Notes: generated by a model from the sequence alone, not told the origin. A DNA stretch of 64,000 bases from Acidimicrobiia bacterium (GCA_965203555.1 CBDBCY010000004.1:320001-384000); one strand, 5' to 3'; positions 1-10,326 are shown, counted from the stretch's first letter. A program made the numbers and translations.

Positions 1-1082
1 AGGAGGTGCCTGACATCACCTATATGCAGGTGGGAGGACTGAAGGCCCAGATCGAGATGATCCGCGACGCGGTGGAACTGCCGTACGTGCATCGCGAACT
101 GTTCTCCTGCTACCACCTGAAGCCTCCCCAGGGAATCCTGCTGTACGGCCCTCCCGGATGCGGCAAGACACTGATCGCCAAGGCGGTGGCGAACAGCCTT
201 GCCACGGCGGTGGCCGAGCGGACCGGACACCCCGACGCCCACTCCTACTTTCTCAACATCAAGGGCCCCGAGTTGCTGAGCAAGTGGGTGGGAGAGACCG
301 AGCGTCAGATCCGTTTGATCTTCCAGCGGGCCAAGGAGAAGGCATCGGAGGGAGTCCCGGTGATTGTGTTCTTCGACGAGATGGACTCGCTGTTCCGGAC
401 CAGGGGAACCGGTATCTCATCGGATGTCGAGTCGACCATAGTTCCGCAGTTGCTGTCGGAACTGGACGGGGTGGAGTCGCTGCGCAATGTGATAGTGATC
501 GGCGCTTCCAACCGCGAAGATCTGATAGATCCGGCCATCCTTCGCCCCGGACGGTTGGACGTGAAGATCAAGATCTCTCGTCCCGACGAAGTGGCCGCCC
601 GGGAGATCTTCGGGATATACCTGACATCTGATCTCCCCTACAACGCGGCGGAGGTGGCTGCGGCCCAGGGAGACACCGCCCAGATGCTGCAGGACCTGAT
701 CTCCACGGTGGTGGATGACATGTACTCGGAGAAGAAAGAGAACCGTTTCCTGGAGGTCACCTACGCCAACGGCGACCGGGAGGTCCTGTTTTTCAAGGAC
801 TTCTCAAGCGGCGCCATGATCGAGAACATCGTTCGCCGGTCCAAGAAGAGCGCTATCAAACGCTATCTGGGTGGGGGACAGACCGGTATCGGACGAGACG
901 ACCTTCTGGCGGCGGTGCGTCGGGAATTCCGCGAACACGAGGACCTTCCCAACACCACCAACCCCGACGATTGGGCCAAGATCTCCGGGAAGAAGGGGGA
1001 GCGGATCGTATACGTCCGCACCCTGCTGGAAGACGGCGAGGGGCGGATGGTCGAGACGGTGACAACCGGCCAATACCTCTGA
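1..1082 (+). CDS. arc: Proteasome ATPase ARC/Mpa (5'-truncated by window edge)
   Basis: Walker A GPPGCGKT, Walker [16 protein letters not shown]-terminal GQYL proteasome-docking motif; upstream of dop-pup-prcBA. Confidence 0.96.
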   Translation, partial: EVPDITYMQVGGLKAQIEMIRDAVELPYVHRELFSCYHLKPPQGILLYGPPGCGKTLIAKAVANSLATAVAERTGHPDAHSYFLNIKGPELLSKWVGETERQIRLIFQRAKEKASEGVPVIVFFDEMDSLFRTRGTGISSDVESTIVPQLLSELDGVESLRNVIVIGASNREDLIDPAILRPGRLDVKIKISRPDEVAAREIFGIYLTSDLPYNAAEVAAAQGDTAQMLQDLISTVVDDMYSEKKENRFLEVTYANGDREVLFFKDFSSGAMIENIVRRSKKSAIKRYLGGGQTGIGRDDLLAAVRREFREHEDLPNTTNPDDWAKISGKKGERIVYVRTLLEDGEGRMVETVTTGQYL

Positions 1083-1104
1083 ACACCGGGGGTCCTAACT
1101 CCTG

Positions 1105-2589
1105 ATGGCCGTTACCAAGGTACTCGGAACAGAGACCGAGTATGGCGTGATCATCCGGAACCGGAGTCACCAGCACCAGGCTCTGGCCGCGGCGGCGGTG
1201 ATCGACGGCTATCCGGGCGGTCAGGTGAGGGTGCAGTGGTCCTACGAGCATGAGTCTCCGGGCAGCGATTCACGGGGATTCGGCCACGAGAACTTCGGGA
1301 TACCGGAGCCGGAGTCGGCCCTGATCAATTCGGTTCTCACCAACGGCGCCCGCCTGTACGTGGACCACTCCCACCCCGAATACTCGGGTCCCGAATGCGT
1401 GGACCCCAAAGAGGCAGCCCTGTATGACAAGGTCGGAGAATTGGTTATGGCTCGGGCCGCCCGAGAGGTGCAGAAGACCCTGCCGCCCAACCAGCACATC
1501 CGCTTGTACAAGAACAACAGCGACGGCAAGAGCAGCAGCTACGGAGCGCATGAGAATTTCCTGCTTTCCCGTCGGACCCCGTTTGCCAAGGTGATCCGGT
1601 ATCTTCCCACATTCCTGGTTTCCCGCCAGATATTCACCGGGTCGGGAAAGGTGGGATCTGAGAATCACCGGCCAGCCTGTGCCTACCAGATAACCCAGCG
1701 GGCCGATTTCTTCGAGGAGGTGGTGGGTCTGGAGACCACCCTGAGGAGACCCATCGTCAACACCCGGGACGAGCCCCATGGTGATCCCACCCGATATCGC
1801 CGCCTGCATGTGATAATTGGCGACGCCAATCTCTCCGAAGTCCAGATTTTTCTGAAGCTGGGTGTCACCGCCCTGTTCCTCCATGCCCTGGAGGACGACT
1901 TCCTTCCGTCTCCGCTGGAGTTGGCCGATCCGGTAAAGGCCTGCTGGCAGATCAGTCACGATCTCGGCCTTTCCGAACCGGTGGAGATGGAGACCGGCGG
2001 CAGCGCCACCGCCCTGGAGTTGCAGTTACGGTACCTGGAGTGGCTCTCCGATTACGCCCGCGACCACCTGGAGGAACAAGTGTGGTCGCAGGTGCTGGAC
2101 GAGTGGGAAAAGGTACTGGTTGATCTGGAAGAAGATCCCGCCCTCACCTCCGACCGGCTGGACTGGACCGCCAAGTTGGGACTGCTGGAGGCGTACCGGG
2201 CCCGGCAGAACCTGAGTTGGTCACATCCCCGCTTGGCGGCCTTGGCCTTGCAATACCACGACGTGGAACCGGACCGCAGTATTTATCACCGGTTGGTGCG
2301 CAGTGGCGCCATCCGACGGCTGTTTACCGACGCCCAGATCGAACAGGCCGAACACCGTCCACCCGACGATACGCGGGCGTGGTTCAGGGGTTCCTGCGTC
2401 TCCAGGTTCGGCGCCTCCCTGGTGGCGGCCAACTGGGACTCTCTGCTGTTTGAAACGAGTCCCGGGGACTTGATAAAAGTGTCTATGATGGAACCTTTGA
2501 AGGGAAGCCGAGTCGGGGCCGGTCCGCTGCTGGATCGTGTCTCCGATCCGGCCGGGTTGATACGCGAACTGGGTAGAAAAAATGGCTGA
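1105..2589 (+). CDS. dop: Pup deamidase/depupylase Dop
   Basis: [24 protein letters not shown] (Dop-type), [18 protein letters not shown]; directly upstream of pup. Confidence 0.93.
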   Translation: MAVTKVLGTETEYGVIIRNRSHQHQALAAAAVIDGYPGGQVRVQWSYEHESPGSDSRGFGHENFGIPEPESALINSVLTNGARLYVDHSHPEYSGPECVDPKEAALYDKVGELVMARAAREVQKTLPPNQHIRLYKNNSDGKSSSYGAHENFLLSRRTPFAKVIRYLPTFLVSRQIFTGSGKVGSENHRPACAYQITQRADFFEEVVGLETTLRRPIVNTRDEPHGDPTRYRRLHVIIGDANLSEVQIFLKLGVTALFLHALEDDFLPSPLELADPVKACWQISHDLGLSEPVEMETGGSATALELQLRYLEWLSDYARDHLEEQVWSQVLDEWEKVLVDLEEDPALTSDRLDWTAKLGLLEAYRARQNLSWSHPRLAALALQYHDVEPDRSIYHRLVRSGAIRRLFTDAQIEQAEHRPPDDTRAWFRGSCVSRFGASLVAANWDSLLFETSPGDLIKVSMMEPLKGSRVGAGPLLDRVSDPAGLIRELGRKNG

Positions 2590-2779
2590 CCAAGAACAGG
2601 GCAAGCGCCGCCGCAGATCAAAGGGCGGACCGGCGCCCGCCGACGGTGACTTGGGAGGGTTGGGGATGGCCCAGGTTGATTCGCAGAAGATAGACGATCT
2701 GCTGGATGAGATCGACAGCGTGCTGGAAGAGAACGCCGAGGAGTTCGTGAAGAATTACGTACAGAAGGGCGGGGAGTGA
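2582..2779 (+). CDS. pup: Prokaryotic ubiquitin-like protein Pup (GGE terminus)
   Basis: [28 protein letters not shown]. Confidence 0.97.
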   Translation: MADQEQGKRRRRSKGGPAPADGDLGGLGMAQVDSQKIDDLLDEIDSVLEENAEEFVKNYVQKGGE

Positions 2780-3573
2780 CCGAACCGTCCAATTGGGGTC
2801 TGCCGCTTGGAGCCCCCTCCCCCGGCGCCAGTTTCTCCGATCTCCTGGAGTCGCTGGGATTGGCGCCCCGGTGGAACGTGCCCGACTCGCCGACCCGGAA
2901 CCTCCGTGCGCCGGAAGGCACTACCGTGCTGGCGTCCCGTTACCGGGACGGAGTGGTGCTGGGCGGAGACCGGCAGGCTACCGAGGGCCATCTGATCGCT
3001 CACCGCCGGATTCGGAAGGTCTATCCCTCCGACCGGATGTCGGCGATGGCGGTGGCGGGAACCGCCGGATTGGCCCTGGAGATGGTGCGATTGTTCAGCG
3101 TGGAATTGGAGCACTACGAGAAGATTGAAGGAGCGATGCTCAGCCTGGAGGGCAAGTCCAATTTCCTGGCGCGGCTGGTGAGAGCGCAATTGCCGCTGGC
3201 ATTCCAGGGTCTGGCGGTGGTGCCGTTGTTCGCCGGGTACGATCCGACCGCCGATCAGGGCAGGGTGTACACCTTCGACGTGGTGGGAGGGCGCTACGAA
3301 GAGCACGATTACGGCGCGGCCGGTTCGGGCGCCGTGCAGGCCCGTGCCTATCTGCGCACCGCCTGGAAGCCGGACATGATGGAGGACGAGGTGATCGAAA
3401 AGGTGATGGGCGCCCTGGTGGCCGCCGCCGACGTGGATGTCGCCACCGGCGGGCCCGATCTACGCAGGGGCATCCTGCCCAACCTGGTGGTAATCGACCG
3501 GGGCGGGGTCCGGGAAATCTCCGATGACCATCTGGCGGAGGTGGCAAGCGCCTCGATGAGGGAAGGCCAATGA
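2776..3573 (+). CDS. prcB: 20S proteasome beta subunit
   Basis: Propeptide followed by EG|TT cleavage site, GDRQAT, GSG; overlaps pup stop. Confidence 0.96.
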   Translation: MTEPSNWGLPLGAPSPGASFSDLLESLGLAPRWNVPDSPTRNLRAPEGTTVLASRYRDGVVLGGDRQATEGHLIAHRRIRKVYPSDRMSAMAVAGTAGLALEMVRLFSVELEHYEKIEGAMLSLEGKSNFLARLVRAQLPLAFQGLAVVPLFAGYDPTADQGRVYTFDVVGGRYEEHDYGAAGSGAVQARAYLRTAWKPDMMEDEVIEKVMGALVAAADVDVATGGPDLRRGILPNLVVIDRGGVREISDDHLAEVASASMREGQ

Positions 3574-4259
3574 ACCCCGGGTTTTATGTCACGCCCGAGC
3601 AACTGGTGCGAGATCGCGCCGAATTCGCTCGCAAGGGAATCGCCCGGGGGCGGTCCATCCTGGCCATGGAGTACGAAAAAGGCGTCTTGATGCTGGCTGA
3701 GAACCCGGGAGGGGCACTCCACAAGATCAGCGAGGTGTATGACCGGATCGCCTTCGCCGGGGTGGGGCGTTACAACGAATTCGAGACCCTTCGCAAAGCG
3801 GGCATCCGCCAGGCCGACGTGATGGGATACCTGTACAGTCGCGACGATGTGACCGCCCTGGGTCTGGCCACTGCTTTTTCCCAGACCCTGGGAGTGATCT
3901 TCTCTCACGAGACGAAGCCGTTCGAAGTGGAGCTTCTCATATGTGAGTTGGGGAAGAACGGACAGCCCAACCAGATGTTGCAGATCAGCTACGACGGGAC
4001 CCTGTTGGAAGGTCGCGGGGTGATGGCTATCGGAGGCAAGGCCGAAACCTTGGGGGCGGGCTTGCGGGAACGCTATCGGGATGGCTTGACGTTGAATGCG
4101 GCCTTGCAACTGGGGATGGAGGTGTTCGCCGAGACTGAACGCCGACCTCTGGACGGATGGGAAGCGGCGGTGCTGGAGCGGGGACCGGCCAGACGTTGTT
4201 TCCGCCGACTGGCCGGTCCCGAGTTGGAGAGGGCAACCGAGCAAGCCCTCTCCTCCTAA
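3570..4259 (+). CDS. prcA: 20S proteasome alpha subunit
   Basis: FYVTPEQLVRDRAEFARKGIARGRS, LHKISEVYDRI. Confidence 0.96.
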   Translation: MNPGFYVTPEQLVRDRAEFARKGIARGRSILAMEYEKGVLMLAENPGGALHKISEVYDRIAFAGVGRYNEFETLRKAGIRQADVMGYLYSRDDVTALGLATAFSQTLGVIFSHETKPFEVELLICELGKNGQPNQMLQISYDGTLLEGRGVMAIGGKAETLGAGLRERYRDGLTLNAALQLGMEVFAETERRPLDGWEAAVLERGPARRCFRRLAGPELERATEQALSS

Positions 4260-4261
4260 GC

Positions 4262-5557
4262 TCAGGGAGTCAATGCTTCGGAGATGAGCCGAGCGTTGGT
4301 CACCAGCCACTTCGGATAAGTATCCGCCTCCGAGCCGGCGGGTCCCAGTGATCCGGTGTACAGTTCCACCACTCGCAGGGGAGGATCGAATTCGGCGGCA
4401 ACCGTTTCGGGAAGCCCGGTGCCGACGATGGTTTCGGTGAATATGGCCGTTACACCCTCCTCTCTGATCCGCTGGACCAGTTCCGCCAGATGGGCGGTGC
4501 CGGGTTGCGCCAGCGTGCTGCCACCCGAGAGAATGGTGTCCAGGATCTCGAAGTCGAAGAAGGCACCGAAGTAGGAGAAGGAGTCATGGTTGGTCACCAG
4601 TTTGCGGTGATCCGCAGGAACCGTTGACAGTAACTCTTCAGCCTCGGCGGTGGCGTCACGAATCCGAGCTATGTAGTCATCGGCTCTTTCGTTCCACTCT
4701 GAAGCTGAGGGACCCTTACCTATTTCGATCAGTTCCGCCGCAATGAGCTGCACTGCCGTTTCGACTCGGGAAGGATCGAACCAGAAGTGGGGATCGAACG
4801 CTCCGGCATGGGCGTGGGCGTGTTCGCCCTCTTCCTCGTGTTCACCTTCCTCGTGGGCGTGTTCGCCCTCTTCTTCGTGTTCACCTTCTTCGTGGGCGTG
4901 TTCGCCCTCTTCTTCGTGTTCACCTTCTTCGTGGGCGTGTTCGCCCTCTTCTTCGTGTTCACCTTCTTCGTGGGCGTGTTCGCCCTCTTCTTCGTGTTCA
5001 CCCTCTTCGTGGGCGTGTTCGCCCTCTTCTTCGTGTTCGCCCTCTTCGTGGGCGTGTTCGCCCTCTTCTTCGTGTTCACCCTCTTCCTCGTGTTCACCCT
5101 CTTCCTCGTGGGCGTGGCCGCCTCCGCCTTCGCCCCATTCCAGAGGATCAACAAAGTCGCCGACTTCCAGAATGCGGGCGCCGTCATCGCGAGCGGCATC
5201 GAACACCGCAATGAAACTCTCCTCCAACCCCAGACCGTTGGCCACCACAAGATCCGCCTCCCGGATCTTCACCCCGTCCTGGGATGACAACTGAAAGTCG
5301 TGAGGGTCGGCGCCGATCGGAAGCAATACCTCTACCGTGCCGTCCTCTCCGACCAGGCTCTTAACCAGATCACCCAGGATGGTGGTGGTAGCCACTACAT
5401 AGAGGGTGTCATCCGGTTCGACTGCGGTCGCCGATGGTTCCGCCGCCTCGGTAGAAGCTGTCTCGGAGGGAGCTTCCTCTCCGTTACCGCATGCGGCCGC
5501 CAACAACAACGTCGCCGCTAAGGCCGCCCACATCCTGACTTTTCCTGATTTTGGCAT
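4262..5557 (-). CDS. ZnuA/TroA-family metal ABC substrate-binding lipoprotein with long His/Glu-rich loop
   Basis: Lipobox LAAAC, VVATTTIL, GADPHDF, DPHFWFDP, TNHDSFSY; start placed at ATG 5557 after an AGGGG RBS. Confidence 0.9.
   Translation of the reverse strand: MPKSGKVRMWAALAATLLLAAACGNGEEAPSETASTEAAEPSATAVEPDDTLYVVATTTILGDLVKSLVGEDGTVEVLLPIGADPHDFQLSSQDGVKIREADLVVANGLGLEESFIAVFDAARDDGARILEVGDFVDPLEWGEGGGGHAHEEEGEHEEEGEHEEEGEHAHEEGEHEEEGEHAHEEGEHEEEGEHAHEEGEHEEEGEHAHEEGEHEEEGEHAHEEGEHEEEGEHAHEEGEHEEEGEHAHAHAGAFDPHFWFDPSRVETAVQLIAAELIEIGKGPSASEWNERADDYIARIRDATAEAEELLSTVPADHRKLVTNHDSFSYFGAFFDFEILDTILSGGSTLAQPGTAHLAELVQRIREEGVTAIFTETIVGTGLPETVAAEFDPPLRVVELYTGSLGPAGSEADTYPKWLVTNARLISEALTP
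4808..5117 (-). repeat. Coding tandem repeat, 39-nt unit (HAHEEGEHEEEGE x6 plus partial units)
   Basis: Unit tcgtgggcgtgttcgccctcttcttcgtgttcaccttct repeated head-to-tail without spacers. Confidence 0.95.
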
Positions 5558-5570
5558 CTTTTTCCCCTGC

Positions 5571-5591
5571 GTAATAGTAATAATCATTATC
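5571..5591 (-). promoter_or_regulatory. Putative Fur/Zur-family operator upstream of the metal-binding protein
   Basis: AT-rich imperfect palindrome GATAATGATTATTACTATTAC (minus strand) resembling the Fur box GATAATGATAATCATTATC, just upstream of the RBS. Confidence 0.6.
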
Positions 5592-5689
5592 GTAGCACCC
5601 TCCAATCACAGCCGTCCACACATTCGAAGGGGCGTTTTGCGGTTGGTCTGTCAGAAAGGGCGGGTGACTTCTCGGCTGGGAAGCGTTTC

Positions 5690-5932
5690 CTATGTTTTCC
5701 GCCGAAGGGGTGGACCGTAGCGAGGAGCCACTTTGCGGGGAGGCAGGGAAGCCAGCAACCGGCCGGTGGATAGCGCTATCTGCGTCACCGCCTCATCGAT
5801 AGCTTCCCGTGTGACAGAAGAGATCTTCTGGACACCGCTCACTTTTCGCACGAATTGGAGGGCGGCCGCCTCGATCTCTTCTGCGCTGGCCGGCGGCTCG
5901 AGCCCGCGCAGGATCGTAATGTTCCGACACAT
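5690..5932 (-). CDS. DUF2277-family small protein
   Basis: MCRNITILRGLEPPASAEEIEAAALQFVRKVSG; TAGAAT 7 nt upstream of ATG. Confidence 0.85.
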   Translation of the reverse strand: MCRNITILRGLEPPASAEEIEAAALQFVRKVSGVQKISSVTREAIDEAVTQIALSTGRLLASLPPRKVAPRYGPPLRRKT

Positions 5933-6393
5933 AGTCGGGATTCTATGGGGTTGGCGCCCAGCACGGGCCCACTGGTGCAGTGCCTGTCAAACAATCGGGG
6001 GGACCGGATCTGCATTTTCGACTGCTTTTCGCTCTCCTTGGTCACCCCACCCTTTGAGTCGACAGCACACTGGGTGGAGGTGAAGGCAAGGGGGATTCCA
6101 CCACCTGAGAACCAGGGCGGTGTCCGGCAGTGGCATGGGCAGCAACCGGGCGGTCGCGGCCATGGGGCCTGCCGCCCGAAATCCGCCTGATTCATTCTGA
6201 GTTTCCCTCCCGACCCGCCGCCGCCGTGCCGGTCGAACACCATGGAATGAACGCAGGGCTCATTCCCCTACCGAGAGGGTGGTCGGCTGAGACTCGTCTC
6301 CGGGGAGTCACCTGGGGCGGGTGGTCCCGGTCAGGTGACGAGACTTTTCCGTTGATCGAGGCGGTCCGGACCGCCTTGATGTTTGTACATACC

Positions 6394-6422
6394 AGTGTGA
6401 GCGGCCGGTGGGACATTGTCAA
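6394..6422 (-). promoter_or_regulatory. Putative housekeeping-sigma promoter facing a hairpin-rich orphan region
   Basis: TTGACA-17 nt-CACACT on the minus strand. Confidence 0.4.
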
Positions 6423-6489
6423 GGTCGTTCCCTGCGGTTTTCGGGAAACTTTGACACCTTGTGACTGCAGACACGGCTGAGGGGTCGTT

Positions 6490-7506
6490 TCAGGTTGGAG
6501 GAAAGGGAAGTTGCAGCCAGGACGGCCTGCTGGAGGTCTCGATCTCCACCACCCATTTCACCCACCAAAAGCCCCGGCGTCCGGGAGCGACCAGACGGAC
6601 CGGAAATCCGTGCCCGGGGCTGAGAGGGTTTCCTCCCAGCCGGTGAGCCAGCCACAGCCGGGAGAGATCGCTGACCGGGAAACGGCGCTGATAGCCGGTG
6701 GCGGACCTGACCACCACACTTCGCGCCTTACCGGGGTCCACCAGCCGATCGAGGCGAACCCCTTCCCATTCCTGCTTGGAATACCAGCCTCCGGTGCAGT
6801 CCAGGATGGCGCTGAACCGATCAGCGGGGAGGTCTTCCAGTTGGGCGAGGTTCATATCCTCTTCATCGACCGCCAGTTCCCAGGAGGCGCCGTCTATGCG
6901 GGGGGTGCGGTCGTCGAACCAGGAGGTGACCGGCATTGCCGCAGGGTTACCAGAGCCGCGCTCGTGAGAACCGGTGAAACGCCGGTCGGCGCCCCTCAAC
7001 CCGGTGGCGCGTACGGTCGATTCCCATCCCGCCCACACCACCGCGGCCATGCCCGCCAACCCCGCGCTGCGAAGAAAGGCCCGCCGGTCAAGATCGAGAC
7101 GCCGTACCCGCACCGGATGGGAACGGTAGTGCAGCCACACCATCACCAGCGCCGTCAACCCGCCCCCCACATGCACCTGCATGACAGTGAGCGGTCCGAT
7201 CCGGTCGGTCAGACCGGTGGCATGAAGCAGGCCGGACCCCAAGGTGATCACCACCAGGCTGCCCAACGCCACCGAAATCCAGCGGCTGGGCCGCCGCCGG
7301 GCCATTCCCCGCCTGACGACCGCCGACTTCCAAGGGGTCAACAAAGCCACCGCCAAGGCCACCACCGCGTGGATGGTGCTGGGGTCCACCAACCAATCGA
7401 CACCGATCGCGAAGGACAGCCCACCGGTCAACGCCGCCAGCGGCAGGAGCGCCGCCAGAGCAAGGTTGGTGCGCCGTCCCGAAGATCTGCGTGGCGACCG
7501 GGTCAT
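6490..7506 (-). CDS. Membrane-anchored molybdopterin-dependent oxidoreductase (sulfite oxidase/MsrP-like)
   Basis: N-terminal TM helices; ILDCTGGWYS (Moco Cys), WEGVRL, GHGFPVRLVAPGRRGFWWVKWV. Confidence 0.85.
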   Translation of the reverse strand: MTRSPRRSSGRRTNLALAALLPLAALTGGLSFAIGVDWLVDPSTIHAVVALAVALLTPWKSAVVRRGMARRRPSRWISVALGSLVVITLGSGLLHATGLTDRIGPLTVMQVHVGGGLTALVMVWLHYRSHPVRVRRLDLDRRAFLRSAGLAGMAAVVWAGWESTVRATGLRGADRRFTGSHERGSGNPAAMPVTSWFDDRTPRIDGASWELAVDEEDMNLAQLEDLPADRFSAILDCTGGWYSKQEWEGVRLDRLVDPGKARSVVVRSATGYQRRFPVSDLSRLWLAHRLGGNPLSPGHGFPVRLVAPGRRGFWWVKWVVEIETSSRPSWLQLPFPPT

Positions 7507-7517
7507 CTTCACGCTTC

Positions 7518-8186
7518 TCAGGTGGGGCAGTCCCAGGTCTGCCAACCCTCTCCCTCGTACACCAGGTAAGCGGCCACTGCCGTGTTGGCGACCGGATCGA
7601 AAGGATCGTAACCGCGGAACCCGGCCAGGTGGGCGTGGTCGGGCCAGAAAGAGGGATCGTGTTGGAAGAGACCCACCTGCCCGGTGAGCGGATCGATGGC
7701 TTGCGGATCGAACCTGGATAGACACCATGCCAGACGCAGCGCGCGAACCACATCATCGCCCAGAAAGTACTTGGATGTGATCTCCATCACGTCGGCGGAG
7801 GTGAGGGTCTTGCGCCTCAGGAAGGGAGCATCCTGCGGACCCGTTTCCACTGCGGTATTTGCGAGTTCTCCCAACCGGGGGTCTTCTTGTAACGGATCGG
7901 CCACCGGGTCGAGGTCGGACGCCAGTGAGTCTTGCTCGGGACTGAGGTCGGAGACCAGCAACTGGGCGGCAGCCTCGCCGGCGCTGCGACCGTGGACAAC
8001 GAAAGTCAGGCTTTCGCTGGGCGCCGCAACCTGAGGCTGGCGCCGGGAGAACAGATTGACCAGTCCCAGCACGGTTACCACCAGCACGAAGAACGAGATA
8101 CTCGACCAGACGGCCCGGCGGCGTCGCAGTTGATGCAGCCAGTCTCTCTCGGGCTGGTCGAAGGCTCGGCCGGAGGAGGAGGTCAT
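7518..8186 (-). CDS. Membrane-anchored SLT/lysozyme-like (lytic transglycosylase fold) protein lacking the usual catalytic Glu
   Basis: TM helix; AWCLSRFDPQA..GQVGLFQH..DPFDPVANTAVAAYL..GWQTWDC. Confidence 0.7.
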   Translation of the reverse strand: MTSSSGRAFDQPERDWLHQLRRRRAVWSSISFFVLVVTVLGLVNLFSRRQPQVAAPSESLTFVVHGRSAGEAAAQLLVSDLSPEQDSLASDLDPVADPLQEDPRLGELANTAVETGPQDAPFLRRKTLTSADVMEITSKYFLGDDVVRALRLAWCLSRFDPQAIDPLTGQVGLFQHDPSFWPDHAHLAGFRGYDPFDPVANTAVAAYLVYEGEGWQTWDCPT

Positions 8187-9313
8187 GGCGGGAAGGCGGA
8201 GATGATCCCTTCCCGGGTCTGTGCCCACGCCCGGTGGTTGAGATCCAAAAAGCCCAGGTGTCCTCCCCGGTCGAGGATCAGGGTCTGGACCCGATCACCA
8301 GCCGCCGAAGCCTCCCTGGCGTAGCCGGTGGAATGCTCGGATGAGACGATGTCGTCGTTGACGGCGTGGATCATGAGCGTCTCGACGCCCAGGGGCAGCA
8401 GACGGCGGGGCGAACCCGCCGCCGGATCCTGGCCCCGCAGGTAGGCGCGATCCAGGTCACTGTCACGGCGCAGGACGGTGATGCCGGCCATCGACACCGC
8501 CAGCCTGGGAGCGTGGCCCCATCTGCGCCACCAAAGCGAGGCCATCAAAGCCAGATTCCCGCCCGCCGAGTGACCGACCAGCGCAACCCGGTCCGCATCC
8601 AATTCCGGACGTGACTCGATCAGGCGGCGAGCCTGTCGGGTCGTTTCGATGGTGACCGGAAACCGCCCGCCACGATGAGGCGGCAGGTACTCGAAGTTGT
8701 AGGTGGCGTATCCCCGAGCGGCCAGGTCCACCGCCATTGCGTCCAGTTGGTCCCGGCGCCACTGGCCCATCCATCCTCCACCGTGGAGCAGCACCACCAC
8801 CGGAAACCGTCCCGGACCCGGAGGCGCCCGCAGGTCGCCCACCGCGCCGGCATCACCCATGATTTGTTCAGGGTTGCCCAGGCGCCGGTAGTGGAGGTGC
8901 CGGATGCCCCACAAATACCCCTCGATTCCTCGCCCGTAGATGGTCCGTACGCATGATGACGACACCACCGAGCGCCGCCGCCAGGGTTCTCTCTCCATAA
9001 TGTTGGAGATGTGGACCTCCACAGTGGGGATCTCCACCGCGGCCACGGCATCGGCCAACGCTCGTGAGTAGTGGGTGAAGGCGCCCGGGTTGATCAGCAC
9101 CCCGTCGGTCTGTCCCCGCAGGCCGTGCAGGTGGTCGATGACGGCCCCTTCGTGGTTGGACTGGAAATGCGACATCTCGGCGCCCACCGCCCGTCCCCAG
9201 GCCGTCAGCAACCGCTCCAACCGCTCCAGGGTCGTATAACCGTAAACCTGTGGTTGACGGCGCCCCAGCAAGTTGAGGTTAGGCCCGTTTATCACCGCGA
9301 TGCGCATACTCAC
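8183..9313 (-). CDS. aroQ: Type II 3-dehydroquinate dehydratase fused to an alpha/beta hydrolase
   Basis: INGPNLNLLGRR, FQSNHEG, INPGAFTHYS, EVHISN; then LHGGGW, GHSAGG, DDIV, GGHLGF in one frame. Confidence 0.88.
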   Translation of the reverse strand: MSMRIAVINGPNLNLLGRRQPQVYGYTTLERLERLLTAWGRAVGAEMSHFQSNHEGAVIDHLHGLRGQTDGVLINPGAFTHYSRALADAVAAVEIPTVEVHISNIMEREPWRRRSVVSSSCVRTIYGRGIEGYLWGIRHLHYRRLGNPEQIMGDAGAVGDLRAPPGPGRFPVVVLLHGGGWMGQWRRDQLDAMAVDLAARGYATYNFEYLPPHRGGRFPVTIETTRQARRLIESRPELDADRVALVGHSAGGNLALMASLWWRRWGHAPRLAVSMAGITVLRRDSDLDRAYLRGQDPAAGSPRRLLPLGVETLMIHAVNDDIVSSEHSTGYAREASAAGDRVQTLILDRGGHLGFLDLNHRAWAQTREGIISAFPP

Positions 9314-9324
9314 AGGTCCCGAGG

Positions 9325-10116
9325 CTACTCCACCGGGGTCGGCCGAGATGCAGGCAAGTGATCGGGCAGGAGACGATTAGCCAACCGTAGAGTCTGCGGG
9401 TCGAGGCTGCGATGGGAGAGGGCGGCGCGAGAGGCCAGTCGGGCCAGCAGCGACCTGCACACCTCAGCGGTAGTTACGTCTGGGCAGACCGAGTTGAGGG
9501 ACCCTGTGGCGGCCGGATCCCAGTCGAAGGAAAGCTCTCGATACACGGAGGAGAGCACCGCATTGATCGGCGCCCGCCCGAACACCACCACCACCCCTCC
9601 TACGTGAGCCACCCCCCGGCGCAGGCGCTGGCCCACTCCCATCACCTTGACGCGACCTCCCAGGTTCACGCTGTACCGTCCCGGGCAATACTCCCCGGGC
9701 ACTTCGCCCACCCGGGCGTCGAATCCCAGGTTGTGCAGGGCCTCGGTCACGATTCTGTCGATCTCGGTAAACCGCAGGGTGATGTCGCGGATGGGATCTG
9801 CGGTGGGGATCGCCCAAGAGAACGCCAGGGTGCCCTCGTGAAATACCGCCGCCCGGCCACCCGCCAATCTCTCCACAGCCTCGAAACCCTCCTTCCGGCA
9901 CGCCGCCACCGCGGCCCGGTAGCCCGGAGCCACCATGTCCTGACGCCCAAACGCTACCACCCTCCCCGGTGTGTAGAGGCGAAAGGTCTCACCCGCCCGC
10001 CCGGTGGACACCTCCTCCAAGATGGCGGCGGACACCGCAGTGTCAAGCGCCGGGTTGTCGGGATGGGAGTCCTCGATCACGGTGATGGAACGCCGGTGTG
10101 AGTTGTCAGCAGTCAT
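9325..10116 (-). CDS. Lipoate-protein ligase/octanoyltransferase family protein (BPL/LplA/LipB fold)
   Basis: VAFGRQD, RLAGGRAAVFH, GEYCPGRYSV, KVMGVGQR. Confidence 0.85.
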   Translation of the reverse strand: MTADNSHRRSITVIEDSHPDNPALDTAVSAAILEEVSTGRAGETFRLYTPGRVVAFGRQDMVAPGYRAAVAACRKEGFEAVERLAGGRAAVFHEGTLAFSWAIPTADPIRDITLRFTEIDRIVTEALHNLGFDARVGEVPGEYCPGRYSVNLGGRVKVMGVGQRLRRGVAHVGGVVVVFGRAPINAVLSSVYRELSFDWDPAATGSLNSVCPDVTTAEVCRSLLARLASRAALSHRSLDPQTLRLANRLLPDHLPASRPTPVE

Positions 10117-10326
10117 TGCCGACAGAAGTTAGAGGCACACATGCGGGAAAGAGGCCGCATTTGCCGGCGCTGCAACAAAGTGGGGGCGTTCAACCCCTTC
10201 CGACGACACGCAAGCTATTCCCCACAGCTTACGGACCTGCCGCCCGCAACCTTGAGATCCGGCACGGGCTCCGCGACGGCCGCGGCCCGGTTCCCATAGC
10301 TGCCAGGCCCCATTAATCTGGCCCTC

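Noticed and set aside
4808-5117. 39-nt repeats as a CRISPR array
   Set aside because: Units are contiguous, have no unique spacers, are in frame within a protein, and no cas genes are present.
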